NCBI GenBank assembly: GCA_009914755.4
Contig: CP068257.2
Coordinates: 9,216,001-9,280,000 of the forward strand
DNA length: 64,000 bases
Direction: 5' to 3'
From: the human T2T-CHM13v2.0 reference genome, Homo sapiens
Notes under the pieces: model-generated
The model's database searches: none
Told to the model about the DNA's origin: nothing
What the model saw: the letters and a program-made list of their open reading frames with translations, nothing else
Program-made: the position numbers and the translations under genes
Shown here: in pieces, positions 25,395-38,960 of the stretch
Position numbering within the stretch: the stretch's first letter is position 1
Layout: each line of letters begins with the position of its first letter

Positions 25395-26412
25395 GCATGC
25401 CTTTCTGACATAGCCGTGTGTCAGTGTGCTGTGCGAAGTGTTTTCATGTGTATGTGACTATTTGCATGTTATAGCAGTGTGTCAGTGTGCTGTGTGACTT
25501 TGGTGTATGTGACTATTTGCATGTTACAGCAGTGTGTCAGTGTGCTGTGTGAAGGGTTTTCATGTATATGACTATTTGCGTGTTATAGCAGTGTGTCAGT
25601 GTGCTGCGTGACGTGTTTTCATGTGTATATGAGTATTTGTGTGTTATAGCCATGTGTCAGTGTGCTGTGTGTTTTGTTTATGTGACTATTTGCGTGTTAT
25701 AGCAGTGTGTCAGTGTGCTGTGTGAAGTGTTTTCGTGTATATGACTATTTGCGTGTTATAGCCGTGTGTCAGTGTGCTGTGTGAAGTACTTTGGTGTATG
25801 TGACTATTTGCATGTTACAGCAGTGTGTCAGTGTGCTGTGTGAAGTGTTTTCGTGTATATGACTATTTGCATGTTATAGCAGCGTGTCAGTGTGTCGTGA
25901 AGGGTTTTCATGTCTTTGACTATCTACATGTTACAGCAGCGTGTCAGTGTGCTGTCTGAAGTGTTTTCATGTGTATATGACTATTTGCGTGTTATAGCAG
26001 TGTGTCAGTGTGCTGTGTGAAGGACTTTGGTGTATGTGACTATTTGCATGTTACAGCAGTGTGTCAGTGTGCTGTGTGAAGTGTTTTCATGTGTGTGACT
26101 ATTTCCGTGTTATAGCAGTGTGTCCGTATGCTGTGTGAAGTGTTTTCGTGTATATGACTATTTGCGTGTTACAGCAGTGTCAGTGTGCTGTGTGAAGTGT
26201 TTTCATGTGTATGACTATTTGCATGTTATAGCCGTGTGTCGGTGTGCTGTGTGAAGTGTTTTCATGTGTATGACTATTTGCATGTTATAGCAGTGTGTCA
26301 GTGTGCTGTGTGACGTGTTTTCATGTGTATATGACTATTTGCATGTTATAGCAGTGTGTCAGTGTGCTGAGGGAGGTGTTTTAGTGTATATGACTATTTG
26401 CATGTCTTCTGC
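25395..26412. repeat. GT-rich minisatellite, ~59-bp unit, ~17 copies
   Basis: The unit is approximately gcagtgtgtcagtgtgctgtgtgaagtgttttcatgtgtatatgactatttgcatgttata. The gactatttgc phase recurs at 25456, 25511, 25570, ... 26392 with spacings of 53-62 bp. Confidence 0.95.
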
Positions 26413-26984
26413 ACACTAGATGGAGTGCAGAGTGTGTTGCCTGTTTTTCTCCACCGCTCCATCCTCAGTGCCTGCTACAGTGTTGGACACACAGTAGGGG
26501 TTCAGTAAATGCTAATGAACAGTTGATTAAATGAGCAAAAACCTTTATTGAATACCTACCATGTTCCAGACATGGCTAACTGATGAGAATTTACCAATTA
26601 CATGCTTGCTGCCTTCAGGGAGCTCAACCTCACAAGACAGACCGTCATGTAGAGACAACTGCTACACAACATGGGAAGAACTGCTAGAGATGTAAAGATG
26701 TAAAGACCCAAAATGAAGAAGCCAGAACACATGAACACAAAACCAGCCAACCAACAAACACAAGCAGCATGGAGCATAGAGTCTGGGGACCAACTGCATC
26801 GTGCTGAGGAATGCAGGTGGAGGCAGAGTGGAAATCACCTGAGTTTCCATCAGGCAGAGTTGCACTTGAATTTGAGTTCTGGCACTTGCTGAGCCTCTCT
26901 GATTCTGTCTTCTGTAAAATAGGAGTAATAATATTTATTTATATCTACCGTACAGGCAATTGTGAGATTTACTTAAGACATACT

Positions 26985-27480
26985 GTCTTAGTCCATTTTT
27001 CTGTTGCTTATAACAGAATACCTGAAACTAGGTGACTTATTTTTAAAAAGCTTATTTCTTAGAGTTACGAAGGCTGAGAAGTCCAAGGATGGGGGTCTGC
27101 AGCTGGTGAAGGCCTTCTTCCTGACGGGAAATTAGAAGAGCCCTAAGGTGGTTCAGAGCACCACATGGCAAGGGGCCGAGGATGCTAGCGTGTTAGCTCA
27201 GATCTCTCTTCTTCTTATAAGGCCACTAGTTCCTCTCCCATGATAACCCGTTTAGCCATTAACCCATTAGTTCTTTAATCCATGAGTAGATTGATTCATA
27301 AGGGGATAACCCCTGTGATCCAATCACCACTTAAAGGACGCCCCTCTCAATACTCCCATATCGGGGATTGTTGCAACACAAATTAAGATGGCCTATTAGA
27401 TATCCTTAATCTTACATCTTAAGGTGTTCTGTGATGTTGCAGTTCAACCCCCTCTCATTCCTCTCTACTCTTTTAGCAGT
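26985..27480 (-). mobile_element. Older MaLR-type LTR (MLT1-like), antisense, immediately upstream of the third LTR12
   Basis: ctgtcttagtccatttttctgttgcttataacagaatacctgaaactaggtgacttattt ... ctcttcttcttataaggccactag ... ccctgtgatccaatcaccacttaaagg. Confidence 0.55.
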
Positions 27481-27538
27481 TACAAACAAACAAACTCAGC
27501 AAAGAAAACACCAGACAAACATACATCCAATAGTATTG

Positions 27539-28556
27539 TGTCCGGAATTGGTGGGTTCTTGGTCTCACTGACTTCAAGAATGAAGCCACGGACCCTTGCG
27601 GTGAGTGTTACAGTTCCTAAAGATGGTGTGTCCAGAGTTTCTTCCTTCAGATGTTCAGATGGGTCCAGAGTTTCTTCCTTCTGGTGGGTTTGTGGTCTCA
27701 CTGGCTTCAGGAGTGAAGCTGCAGACCTTCACAGTGTTACAGCTCATAAAGGTAGCGTGGACCCAAAGAGTGGGCAGCAGCCGCCAAAGACGGTGCAGAC
27801 CCAAAGACTGATCAGCAGCAAGATTTATTGCAAAAGGCAAAAGAACGGAGCTTCCACAGTCTGGAAGGCCCTAGCCGGTTGCCACTGCTAGCCCAGGCAG
27901 CCTGCTTTTATTCCCTTATCTGGCCCAACCCACATCCTACTCATTGGCTCATTTTAGAGAGAGCTGAATGGTCCATTTTACAGAAACCTGATTGGGCTGT
28001 TTTACAGAGAGCTGATTGGTCCATTTTGACAGAGCGCTGATTGGTGCATTTACAAACCTTTCGCTAGACACAGAGCGCTGATTGGTGCATTTACAATCCT
28101 TTAGCTAGACAGGAAAGTTCTCCAAGTCCCCACCAGATTAGCTAGACACAGAGCGCTGATCGATGCGGTTACAAACCTCTAGCTAAACAGAAAAGTTCTC
28201 CAAGTCCCCACCCGACACAGAAACCCAGCCGGCTTCAGCTCTCAATGGCACTTGCCCTGAGACTTTGCGGCACCTAGCCTGGGTGCTCCGGCAGCCTAGT
28301 AGGCACCGGCCGGCCACACCGAGTGTGGGCCCCTGAGCCTGCACCCACCCGGAACCAGCACTGGCCCGCGAGCATGCACAGCCCCGCTCCCGCCTGCGCC
28401 TCTCCCTGCACACCTGGTGGGGAGCAGAGGGAGCCGCCGGGCCTCCGCCAGCCCCAGAGAAGGGCCCCCACAGCACAGCGGCGGGCTGAAGGGCTCCTGG
28501 AGCACTGCCAGAGCGGTTGCTGAGAGCCAGTGAGGGCTGCTAGCACGTTGTCACCT
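27539..28556 (+). mobile_element. HERV9 solo LTR (LTR12 family), plus orientation, shorter U3 repeat block; flanks gtat|LTR|gtat
   Basis: Starts tgtgtccggaattggtgggttcttggtctcactgacttcaagaatgaagccacggaccc. Contains gctgattggtgcatttacaaacc sub-repeats. Ends gggctgctagcacgttgtcacctctca. Confidence 0.85.
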
Positions 28557-30102
28557 CTCAGTATTAACAATACAAATACTTTTTTGTCTTATTTGTCCTT
28601 TGACTTATTTATAACCAACCGAATGTAGAGAAAGTGATGCTGATGTTGAGTGACTCTGGAGGCTAGACCAGAAAATGTTGAAGAGTATCAGAATATACAA
28701 CCCTAATATATGTTACTTTTGCATAAATTTTATTTTTAAAATTTTTAATTTTTATTTTAAGCTGAAGGCAATTGAGAAAAAGAAGATGCGAGAAGAGCTG
28801 TTTACCCTTCCTTTATCTGCTTAAAAGCAAGGAATAAATTTCCATTATAAAGGTGTCCCCTTGTTCTCATACCAAGAAGAGGAGACAGCATCAAGATTAC
28901 TCTACATAAAGAAACCCAACTAAATAACCCTTATCTATAATAGTTTCTCCCATATATTTACCTTCCTACAATTTAATGCCCCTAGAAGCCCAAGCCCCTT
29001 TTCTTTGGTTGCTTCCCCACAATTTATCGTACTTTGTTAAAATGGTAGGTAAGCTCCTAAGTGTAACCACTTCTTTGGATTTTTTTAGTTCTTTCTCTGC
29101 AGTTCCCATGCATATAAAAATATTAACAACAAATAAAATTTGTATGCTCTTCATTCGTTGGTCCATCTTTTGTCAGTTTAATTCACAAATTAAGCTGCAG
29201 AACCTAAGAGGATGGAGGAAAAGTTTTCCTTTCTTACAAGATCATGCAGCATCTGCTTCACTTACTGAGGAGCCCCGAGCCACCATGTATAAAATCTGAA
29301 TACCCGAAGACCCCCATACTGTGAGGAAGCCCGACCACATGGAGAGGCCACATGAAGGTTCTCAAATCAGAACCCCAGCTGAGGTCCCAGCCTACAACCA
29401 GTATCAACCACCAGACATGTGAGTAATGATGTTTCCAGTTGATTCCAACCAACAGCCTTTGGGTCACCTCCAGCCTTTGGATCTTTGCATCTGAAATGCC
29501 ACGCATGACAGAGCAGATACAAGCATTTCTGCTGTGTCCTGTCCAAGTCTCTGACTGATAGAATCTGGGCTTGTTCTAGGCACCTGAGTCTTGAGGTTGT
29601 TTGTTACACAGCCTTAGTAACTTGAACAACGGTTATGCAACACTTGAGCTAGACCTTGAAAGATGAATGGGGATTTTTGTCTAGCAAAACTGTTTGGAAA
29701 AGGCTTAATATTTTAGGAGAAAAGTTAAAAGGTAAGTGTGGTTAACACATGGGTTGTGGGAGAGAATCAGGAGATGAGATGAAAAAAGTTGATGTAAGAA
29801 AGTGTGCTGTATGGTTTGGTGAAAATTATAATATATTTGTTCATCAGCATAGGCAATTTTCTTCCAGACCACTGGCTTTGAAATGATGTATTTTTAAAAT
29901 TGCAAAGTTTATACCATAGAATTTCTGGAGCCTTCTGAAATTTCAATTGGAGATAAAACAGGACTTCAAAATGTAACTTCTCTTAAATTATGAGCTATGG
30001 TTTAACTGATGAGTAATTTTTAGTTTTATTGTTGGTTAAAAACACACTGTCATTCCCATGAGTGCTCGCATGCAGTTTTAGCATGTGTGTGTATGTCTCT
30101 TT

Positions 30103-30140
30103 TATTTTTTGTTTTGTTTTGTTTTGTTTTGTTTTGTTTG
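30103..30140. repeat. (GTTTT)n microsatellite, ~7 repeats
   Basis: ttttgttttgttttgttttgttttgttttgtttg. Confidence 0.95.
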
Positions 30141-32445
30141 CGGTGAGCAGGTTGGTATCAGAGTTATGAATGAGAAGCATTCTTATCAGAATATACTGGA
30201 TACTAATACATTTTGCATGTAATTTTCTACAGAGGTAATGATTTTAATCAACTTTCAAGATGAAGCACCACATTTGTCAAGGCAGAAGACCCAAATGTGC
30301 AATTTTTTCTTAGGGTAAAACTGGCTATAATGAATGTGCTAAAATATGTTAGTTATCTACTAACCTCAATACGCAAGAAAGCACTAGATCATCAGTTTGC
30401 CTGGTAAGGGAAAAAACAGCGGCTGCAGCCTGCCCAGCTAAAGAAGAAAGTGGAATCAGCAGAACAAGTGGCCTGTGAAGATGCCAGCTTGTGAGAAATG
30501 CCTGGCTGACTGTGAACAGGGATATTATTAAATGGATGCATATGATACATAGCGTAATTATACCACTTATGGCAGAAAAACATCACCATTTTATCAAATG
30601 CTCCACTGTGTACATCAAAGATCATGGTATCATCTATCTCTGGGATGCTATGTGAGCTTTGTGGTTCTGGAAGAGCTTCTAGTCAAGTTTTGATTAATTC
30701 TTGATGGTTTTATTTGATTATAGAAGTAGAGCTTGAATGTGTGTGTGCGTTTTCCATTTTTCTTGTAAGAACTGACAATATTGATTAAATTTCCCTTTTA
30801 GGAGTGGGAAGCAAGAAGCAAAGTAATTGTCACCACTTCTTGGAGAAGAATGGCTTACAGTGCTTTGAACATATCGTCTCAAAATAACCTCTTTGGAAGA
30901 TTAGTGGAAAGAAGCAAAACTGTGAAGACCTTGGTTCACAGTAGCTGTTGATGTTTCTTTTTTTCATTTTGGTATTGATTATAATCGCTTCTTCATAAAG
31001 CTCAGATGCAGGGTTTATTTCCAGTTCTTTCACCGTGCTTCTTACCTCAGAGTCAAACCATTGCTATACTCTCCACATAGTTGGTTTCCAGTGTTTAAAT
31101 TGCATGCGTGAGGGGCTCCGATTTGTGACATTGCTTTACATATATTACTGTAAAAAAAAACACATAACCCCAAATCTAGAGTATATAAGGCTTTGTGCTA
31201 AGCAAGCATGGAAAAGAGTTACTTATGGCTTATATCCATGTGTGGACTATGATTGATAGAATTTCCCTTGCAATTGCCAAAGAGAAGTCTACATGGTCTT
31301 TGAAGAAACAAATTACCTATGACCCCATGTATTTGCATTTGTGCTCTTCCTAACTATACAGTACAGTCTGAATTTAGCCCCCCAACATAGGGGGATGTTT
31401 TAGTGGACAAGCACTTAATTCATTTTAAAGTTTTGAGGATTTATCTTATAAGCACTTACTAAACACTGGTTATGTCTCAAGGCCAGGGCTGCACCCTGGA
31501 GACTCAGGGAAGCACAATACTTGATTTCATGGATCTCATAATCTAGTGCTATGGAAACATTAAAATATTAAAACCACAGTGGAGAAGAGCAGTGGATAGG
31601 TCTTAGGGAAGAAGGCTTGTATGAAAGGTGATGCCTGAAATCATACTTAGTCATCTTTATATATGATAATTTTTATGGAAGAATGAAATCTTCAGGATTC
31701 AATGATATTTTCATTTTAGCAAACTGGCCATCTCTTTTCTTTGAGCTTATAAACATGGTTGAATGTGTAAAGTAGCGAGACAAGAAAAAAATACCTTTGA
31801 GTGACCTTGCTTTATTATGTGAAAAATGACAAACTGGCAGGCAGGAAAGATACATGGCTTACCATGTATCTTTCAATTTTTAGGATGTACTAAAAATTTC
31901 AATGCAGTTACCACATAGAAGCAAGAGCTAGAGAAGTTCTGAGAGAATTTTTAATCTTTAGGTCAGACAGCAAGGATGTGAGGCGGTAAAGTTAAATTAC
32001 ACTGAGTTACACTGACATTCACTAGTCTGATAGATACAGAGAGACACAATTACCTTCACTCACACAGAGTTTCCTAGGGCTGCAGGAACAAAGCGCCATA
32101 AGCTCGGTGGCTCAAAACATTCGGAAATGGTTCTCTCACAGATCACGGCCACGGAAGCTCCAAGTCTGAACTCAAGGTGTTGGCAGGGCTGTGTTCCCTC
32201 TGGAGGCCCTACAGGAGGGCCCTTCCTCGTCTCCAGCTTCTGGTGGCTTCAAGTGTCCCGTAGTTTGTGACAGCCACACTCCAATCTCTGCCTCTGTCTT
32301 CACATGGCCTTCTCTGTGCATCTGTGTGTGTCAAATCTTTGTCTGTCTTTGTCTTATAAGGACACTTATTGGATTTAGGGACCACATGGATAATCCAAGA
32401 TAACCTCATTTCAAAACCCTTAATTTTATAATATTGGCAAGACTT

Positions 32446-32472
32446 TTTTTGTTTGTTTGTTTGTTTGTTTTG
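32446..32472. repeat. (GTTT)n microsatellite
   Basis: tttgtttgtttgtttgtttgtttt. Confidence 0.9.
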
Positions 32473-32582
32473 CAAATAAGGCCAGAGTCACAGGTTCCAG
32501 ATGGACATATGATTTGAGGGGAGACAATTCAACTCACTATATACACAAACACATGTGTGTATCTATATAGCTGTATAATTGA

Positions 32583-32900
<318 letters not shown>

Positions 32901-33172
32901 AAAACACTGCCCTTTCTATAGAAAAACTGGTCAAGTACTGGACAGTTTACTACAAAAGAAACAATAAATAGATAAAAAATGAAACCTAGGTTCAAAAGCA
33001 TGAATAATGAATCTTGATTTTAATGATGGTTTCATCAGTGTATGCATATGTCCAAACATCAAATTGTACATTAAATATGTGCAGTTTTTTATATTGATTT
33101 TACCTCAACAAAGCTGTTATAAATACAAATAATAAAAAGTGCAAATAAATTGACAAGATACAAATATATTTA

Positions 33173-33632
<460 letters not shown>

Positions 33633-33778
33633 CTAGGAGTCTAGATAATTCGATATACAGGTAAAGTCATAGCATTTATTTAATCATGTTAATTAGTTAT
33701 GTTATGTAACATATAATAAGATAATATTGTATGTTAATATATAATATAAATATATTATGCTAATACATTAATATATAC

Positions 33779-34150
33779 ACACTTAGTCCTTCTATCTGTT
33801 ACTAAAGAGAGCTCACGTGACATCAGCAAGGAAACACAGTCCTTCTATCTGTTACTAAAGCGAGCTCACGTGACATCAACAAGGAAACACAGTTAGTCCT
33901 TCTATCTGTTACTAAAGCAAGCTCACCTGACATCAACAAGAAAATACACACTTAGTCCTTTGTATCTGTTACTCAAGCGAGCTCATGACATCAACAAGGA
34001 AACATACACTTACTCCTTCTGTTACTAAAGGGAGCTCATGTGACATCAACAAGGAAACACACAGTTAGTCCTTCTATCTGTTGCTAAAGGGAGCTCATGT
34101 GACATCAACAAGGAAACGCACTGTTAGTCCTTTGTATCTGTGAGTTGTGC
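33779..34150. repeat. Minisatellite, ~56-60-bp unit, ~6 copies, abutting an AT-rich low-complexity tract (33650-33780)
   Basis: The unit is tagtccttctatctgttactaaagcgagctcacgtgacatcaacaaggaaacacag. It repeats at 33783, 33838, 33895, 33955, 34011, 34067 and 34127. Confidence 0.9.
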
Positions 34151-34949
34151 ATCTGCCGATTCAAGCAGCCAGGAGTCAAAAATATTTGCAAAAAAAGCCC
34201 TTTAAACTGTATTGAACATGTACAAAGTTTTTCTTTTTATTATTCTCTAAATGACACAGTGTAACAACGATTTGCATAACATTTACACTGTAGTAGGTGT
34301 TACCAGTAATCTAGAGATGATTTAAAGTATAGGGAGAATGTGCATAGGCTACGCTGAATACTACACCATTGCATATCAGGGACTTGAGCGTCTAGGGATT
34401 CTGGTATCTGGGGGAGGTCCTGGAACCAATTTCTCATGAATACCGACAGATGACTGTATGTTGTATCTTGATGCAATGAATAAACAAAGCAGATAACAGT
34501 AACTGACATGGGGTAGAAGGTGAGGGGAAATGAAGGGGTTGCTATTTACATGTTTATATGAGATGAACAGGGCAGACCCCACAGAGGGGATATTTAACAG
34601 AAACTGAACGTAGGAGAAGCAGTCCTGAGAACTGTAGACCAAGAGAGCTCGTGGTGGCCCTGGGAAGGGGCTTGTCAGATCTCGTGGCCCCTGGGGGCTG
34701 GTGACTGTTAGCGGCTGGCCAACAGCCAGCTGCCGCCCTGAAATCTGCCACTGTCAGCCGGTAACCCAGCATGGCGGAGTATAAAGGCAGGCCTGCTGCA
34801 AGGAGATGAAGGACCCCTCTGCTGGTCAGCCTGGGCTGGAGGGTTCTACTACCAGCCTTGCCAAAAGTTTCTCAGAATTGCACTGCATTTTAAGACTTTG
34901 CCTGCCCAGACCCCTGCAGCCCCTTCTCATTTTCCTCCACATGCACTTC

Positions 34950-35175
34950 TCCCAAATAATCTCTTGAGTGGCAAATACTATTCCGGTGTTTGGTGCTCTA
35001 AGAACCCAGATGTACACAGTGTTCCAGCAGAGGCTGCACAAATACAGTGGCCCCGAGGAGCTTGGCATTTTTGAGGAGCATCAAGGAGGCCAGTGTGGCA
35101 TTCATGGAAAGGACAGAGGGAGAGTGGGAGATGAGGTCAGAAATGTACTTGAAGTCCTTGCCGAAGAAAAATAGT
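34950..35175 (-). mobile_element. Fragment of the same ancient repeat family, antisense
   Basis: The reverse complement reads ctcatctcccactctccctctgtcctttccatgaatgccacactggcctccttgatgctcctcaaaaatgccaagctcc. This parallels the consensus-like block ccacactggcctccttgctgttcctcgaacacaccaagc. Confidence 0.35.
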
Positions 35176-38104
35176 TGACTTGCTTATTATAAAACCCTTT
35201 TAGTTAAGGAAGAAATAAAAACTGTTAACCAATGGCATCTGTATCCATTACAGAATTTAAAGGAAGGGCATCATACAGCCAGTACCTTACAATCTTCCCA
35301 TTAGCAGCATTCAACACATCTGTCTAGGTAGTAAACCTAAGTGGCCCAGCTCTGGGCCATTAAATTTTGATGTAACCCATTAAGGAAACTTACGGCCTTA
35401 GTTCAAAGGGCTGTTGCCATTGTGTCTGTGAGAGCGGTGCTGCAGAGTGCATTTTATGCAAATCTCATAGATTTTAATGAGTGCTCCTGCTTAATAAGCT
35501 AGTTAGACCATTTGGGCATTTACTTGAGAGTGACCACAAATGTCTTTTTCTGAAACCATTTCACAGTGCTAACATTTAACTGAAATAGCACTTAACACAG
35601 AGCCAGGCACACAGCGAGCACTAAGAGTGTTACGTTACTGATGACAGGGATGAAGAACAGGAGTCTTACCAGACTCCTGTGTGTCTGTCTCGATGCTCCT
35701 GAATGACCCAGACAAAAAGGGACTAGAAACTTTCTTTTCAGGAGTTTGTGGCTTAGATCCTTGTTTCACCACAAAGCATGAGCTTGACACAGCCTGGACT
35801 TGACAGCACTTTCCACAGGGCACTTAAAAATACTTTTACCTCCTCTCTTTTACCTCCATAAACCATGACAGGTCTTTGCTCAGCCTCTGATAAGCAAAAG
35901 ATTAGAAAATCCCTTTAAACTTCAGAAACAGAGCAATGCTCAGTCAGGCAATAAAAGCTGCAGAAATTGGTCTTGAATATTATCACTGTGTATCAATTGA
36001 AGTCAGATGAAGAGCTCCACATTCATCCAAAGTTCTTTTCATACTAATTAGATGCTCTTCAAAGGTGTAATTACCATTTAAAAATGACTTTGGAGTGCAG
36101 GATACACAATAGATTTTTAATGTCTTTTAATTTCTTTTGATGTTTCTCATATTTCATTAGTACGTTCTTATTTTACCAAAGAGTCACAGGACTTTCAAGG
36201 ACTTTCCCTCTCCCACAGTTAAAATGCTAAACAGAAGCTAAGCTCATGTGAAAAACTTGTCTCAATAACCAGAGAAAGACTATACTAATTACAATTTGGA
36301 TTGCGTGGATTATCAATTTGTCCGATACTCCGTTTGCCTCCACCTTGAGGAGAGACTATTTCCAGCCCCAGAGTCAAGCTGCCTCATTGCACGGAAGAGG
36401 GAGTAAAATAAGAAGCCTGGTGATGTGCTTATTGTCACAATTTGTGGTACAGCTGACACTTAGACTACATCTGCCCTTGAAGCTCAACCTCTTTGCCCTA
36501 CTCCTGTGGTGTTTCTTGGCATCTGGTATCATTTCAAAAGGGTAAGAATGGCATAGAGAAGGTTTCTCATTGCTAAGCATGGAGTAGGAATATTTTAGTG
36601 AAATGTGTAAGTTTTGGGGCAGAAGTAAAAACACCCCATCTGCTCTTCCACACTTCGAGAGAGCGGCACACAAAGCAGCAACTTGGCTCTGGGCGGCAGC
36701 TGGCTGAGGTCTCATGGTCTGGAGGACAGCCCCTGGCTTTCACATCGTCCATGTCTTGCCATTTCTCTTTGGATAAGGCACAAATGTCTGAAGATATCCT
36801 CCAGGCCCGAGGACCTGCTCCTATTCTATCCAGTCTCGTCTTTCATGAGCCACTGTGCTTCAGCCACTGCTTTTCCTTCCACCCCTTTGTCTTTCCTTTT
36901 TCCCAGGTATAAGGCCTTTGCACTTTCTAAACCCTCTAACCTGGAACACTGTTTCTTCTATTTATCTCAATAACTCCAACCCCTTCTTTGTACCATATTT
37001 CAAGCACTGCTCCCCAGGAAAGCTCTCCCTGCCCTCTGCCCAGCCCGGGGCCTGTGATTATGGGTCTTTGCAGCACCAAGGGCCTCCCCTTCACTGTACA
37101 CATGGGTTGCATGTTTCTACTTGTGCATGCAAATATTTGATTCAGGTCTACATCCTCCAGCCCCCTTACAGAATATACTGCTAAGGGCAGGTATGGGGTC
37201 TGGTTTTGCCCACCCCTGTGTCTCCATAACATAGCACAGTGCCTGACACAGAGAAAGGAGAAGGTGCTCCATGAACATTTCCTGACCCAATCCCTGACCA
37301 AATTCTCTAGAAGGGTTGCTGTGCTCTCATTGCACAGACATGCTGCAGGAGCACTCTGCTGTTCTCCAGAATTCTGGCTCTCCATCTCAAAATGATTCTG
37401 TGAGTGGCTGCATAATGCATCCTGACCAAAGAGTCAGGAGCCCTGCAATCCTTCAACACTTCTGCAATTAATGAGCTTTCAGACACAGGGCAAACCATTT
37501 AACGTCTGTCTCTATGTCTTCTTATATGTAAAATTAGATTTTTAATATCAGCTTTATTTACCTTACCGAGTTATTCTTCTATAACAAGAACATTAAGAGC
37601 CTGGCTTGTATTCGTTTGAGCGAGAGATTGTTGGTGTGAAAAGCATTGGTTATAGGCAGTTTCTTACTTCTACACACAGTGGATTCCTACACATGTGTTT
37701 CAAAGTTGAATAACAAAGAATAATGAGGGAGACATTTCCAGAGAACTAAAAATACATTCTAAAATTCCTAGTAGTGGTTAATTATGTGCTGCCTCCCTCA
37801 GACCCATGAGGCAGGTGAGGCCTTCAAATGCACGTAGCACAGGGGGCCACCAGCCATCCTGGGGATGGGAAAGGTGACCCGAGCACCTCCTCTTCCCGGC
37901 CTGACCACTCCTCTGCCCACTGCTGCAGCGGCCACAGCATTTCCACGTCTTTAGGAAGATTTGGGTGGCTGGAAACCGACATCCAGATATCGGGAAAAGC
38001 AGCTCTATCTTCTTGCCATCTGTGGTAAATTGTAAATGTGACCCCAAATGTTTACTGTTTCCTTTTTCTCCAGCCTTTGCCATGTAATTTTATAGAGGTC
38101 ACCA

Positions 38105-38960
<856 letters not shown>

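Noticed and set aside
36936-37385. 149-aa minus-strand ORF
   Set aside because: No recognisable motif and no flanking splice or promoter signals that I can support. It is treated as a chance ORF.
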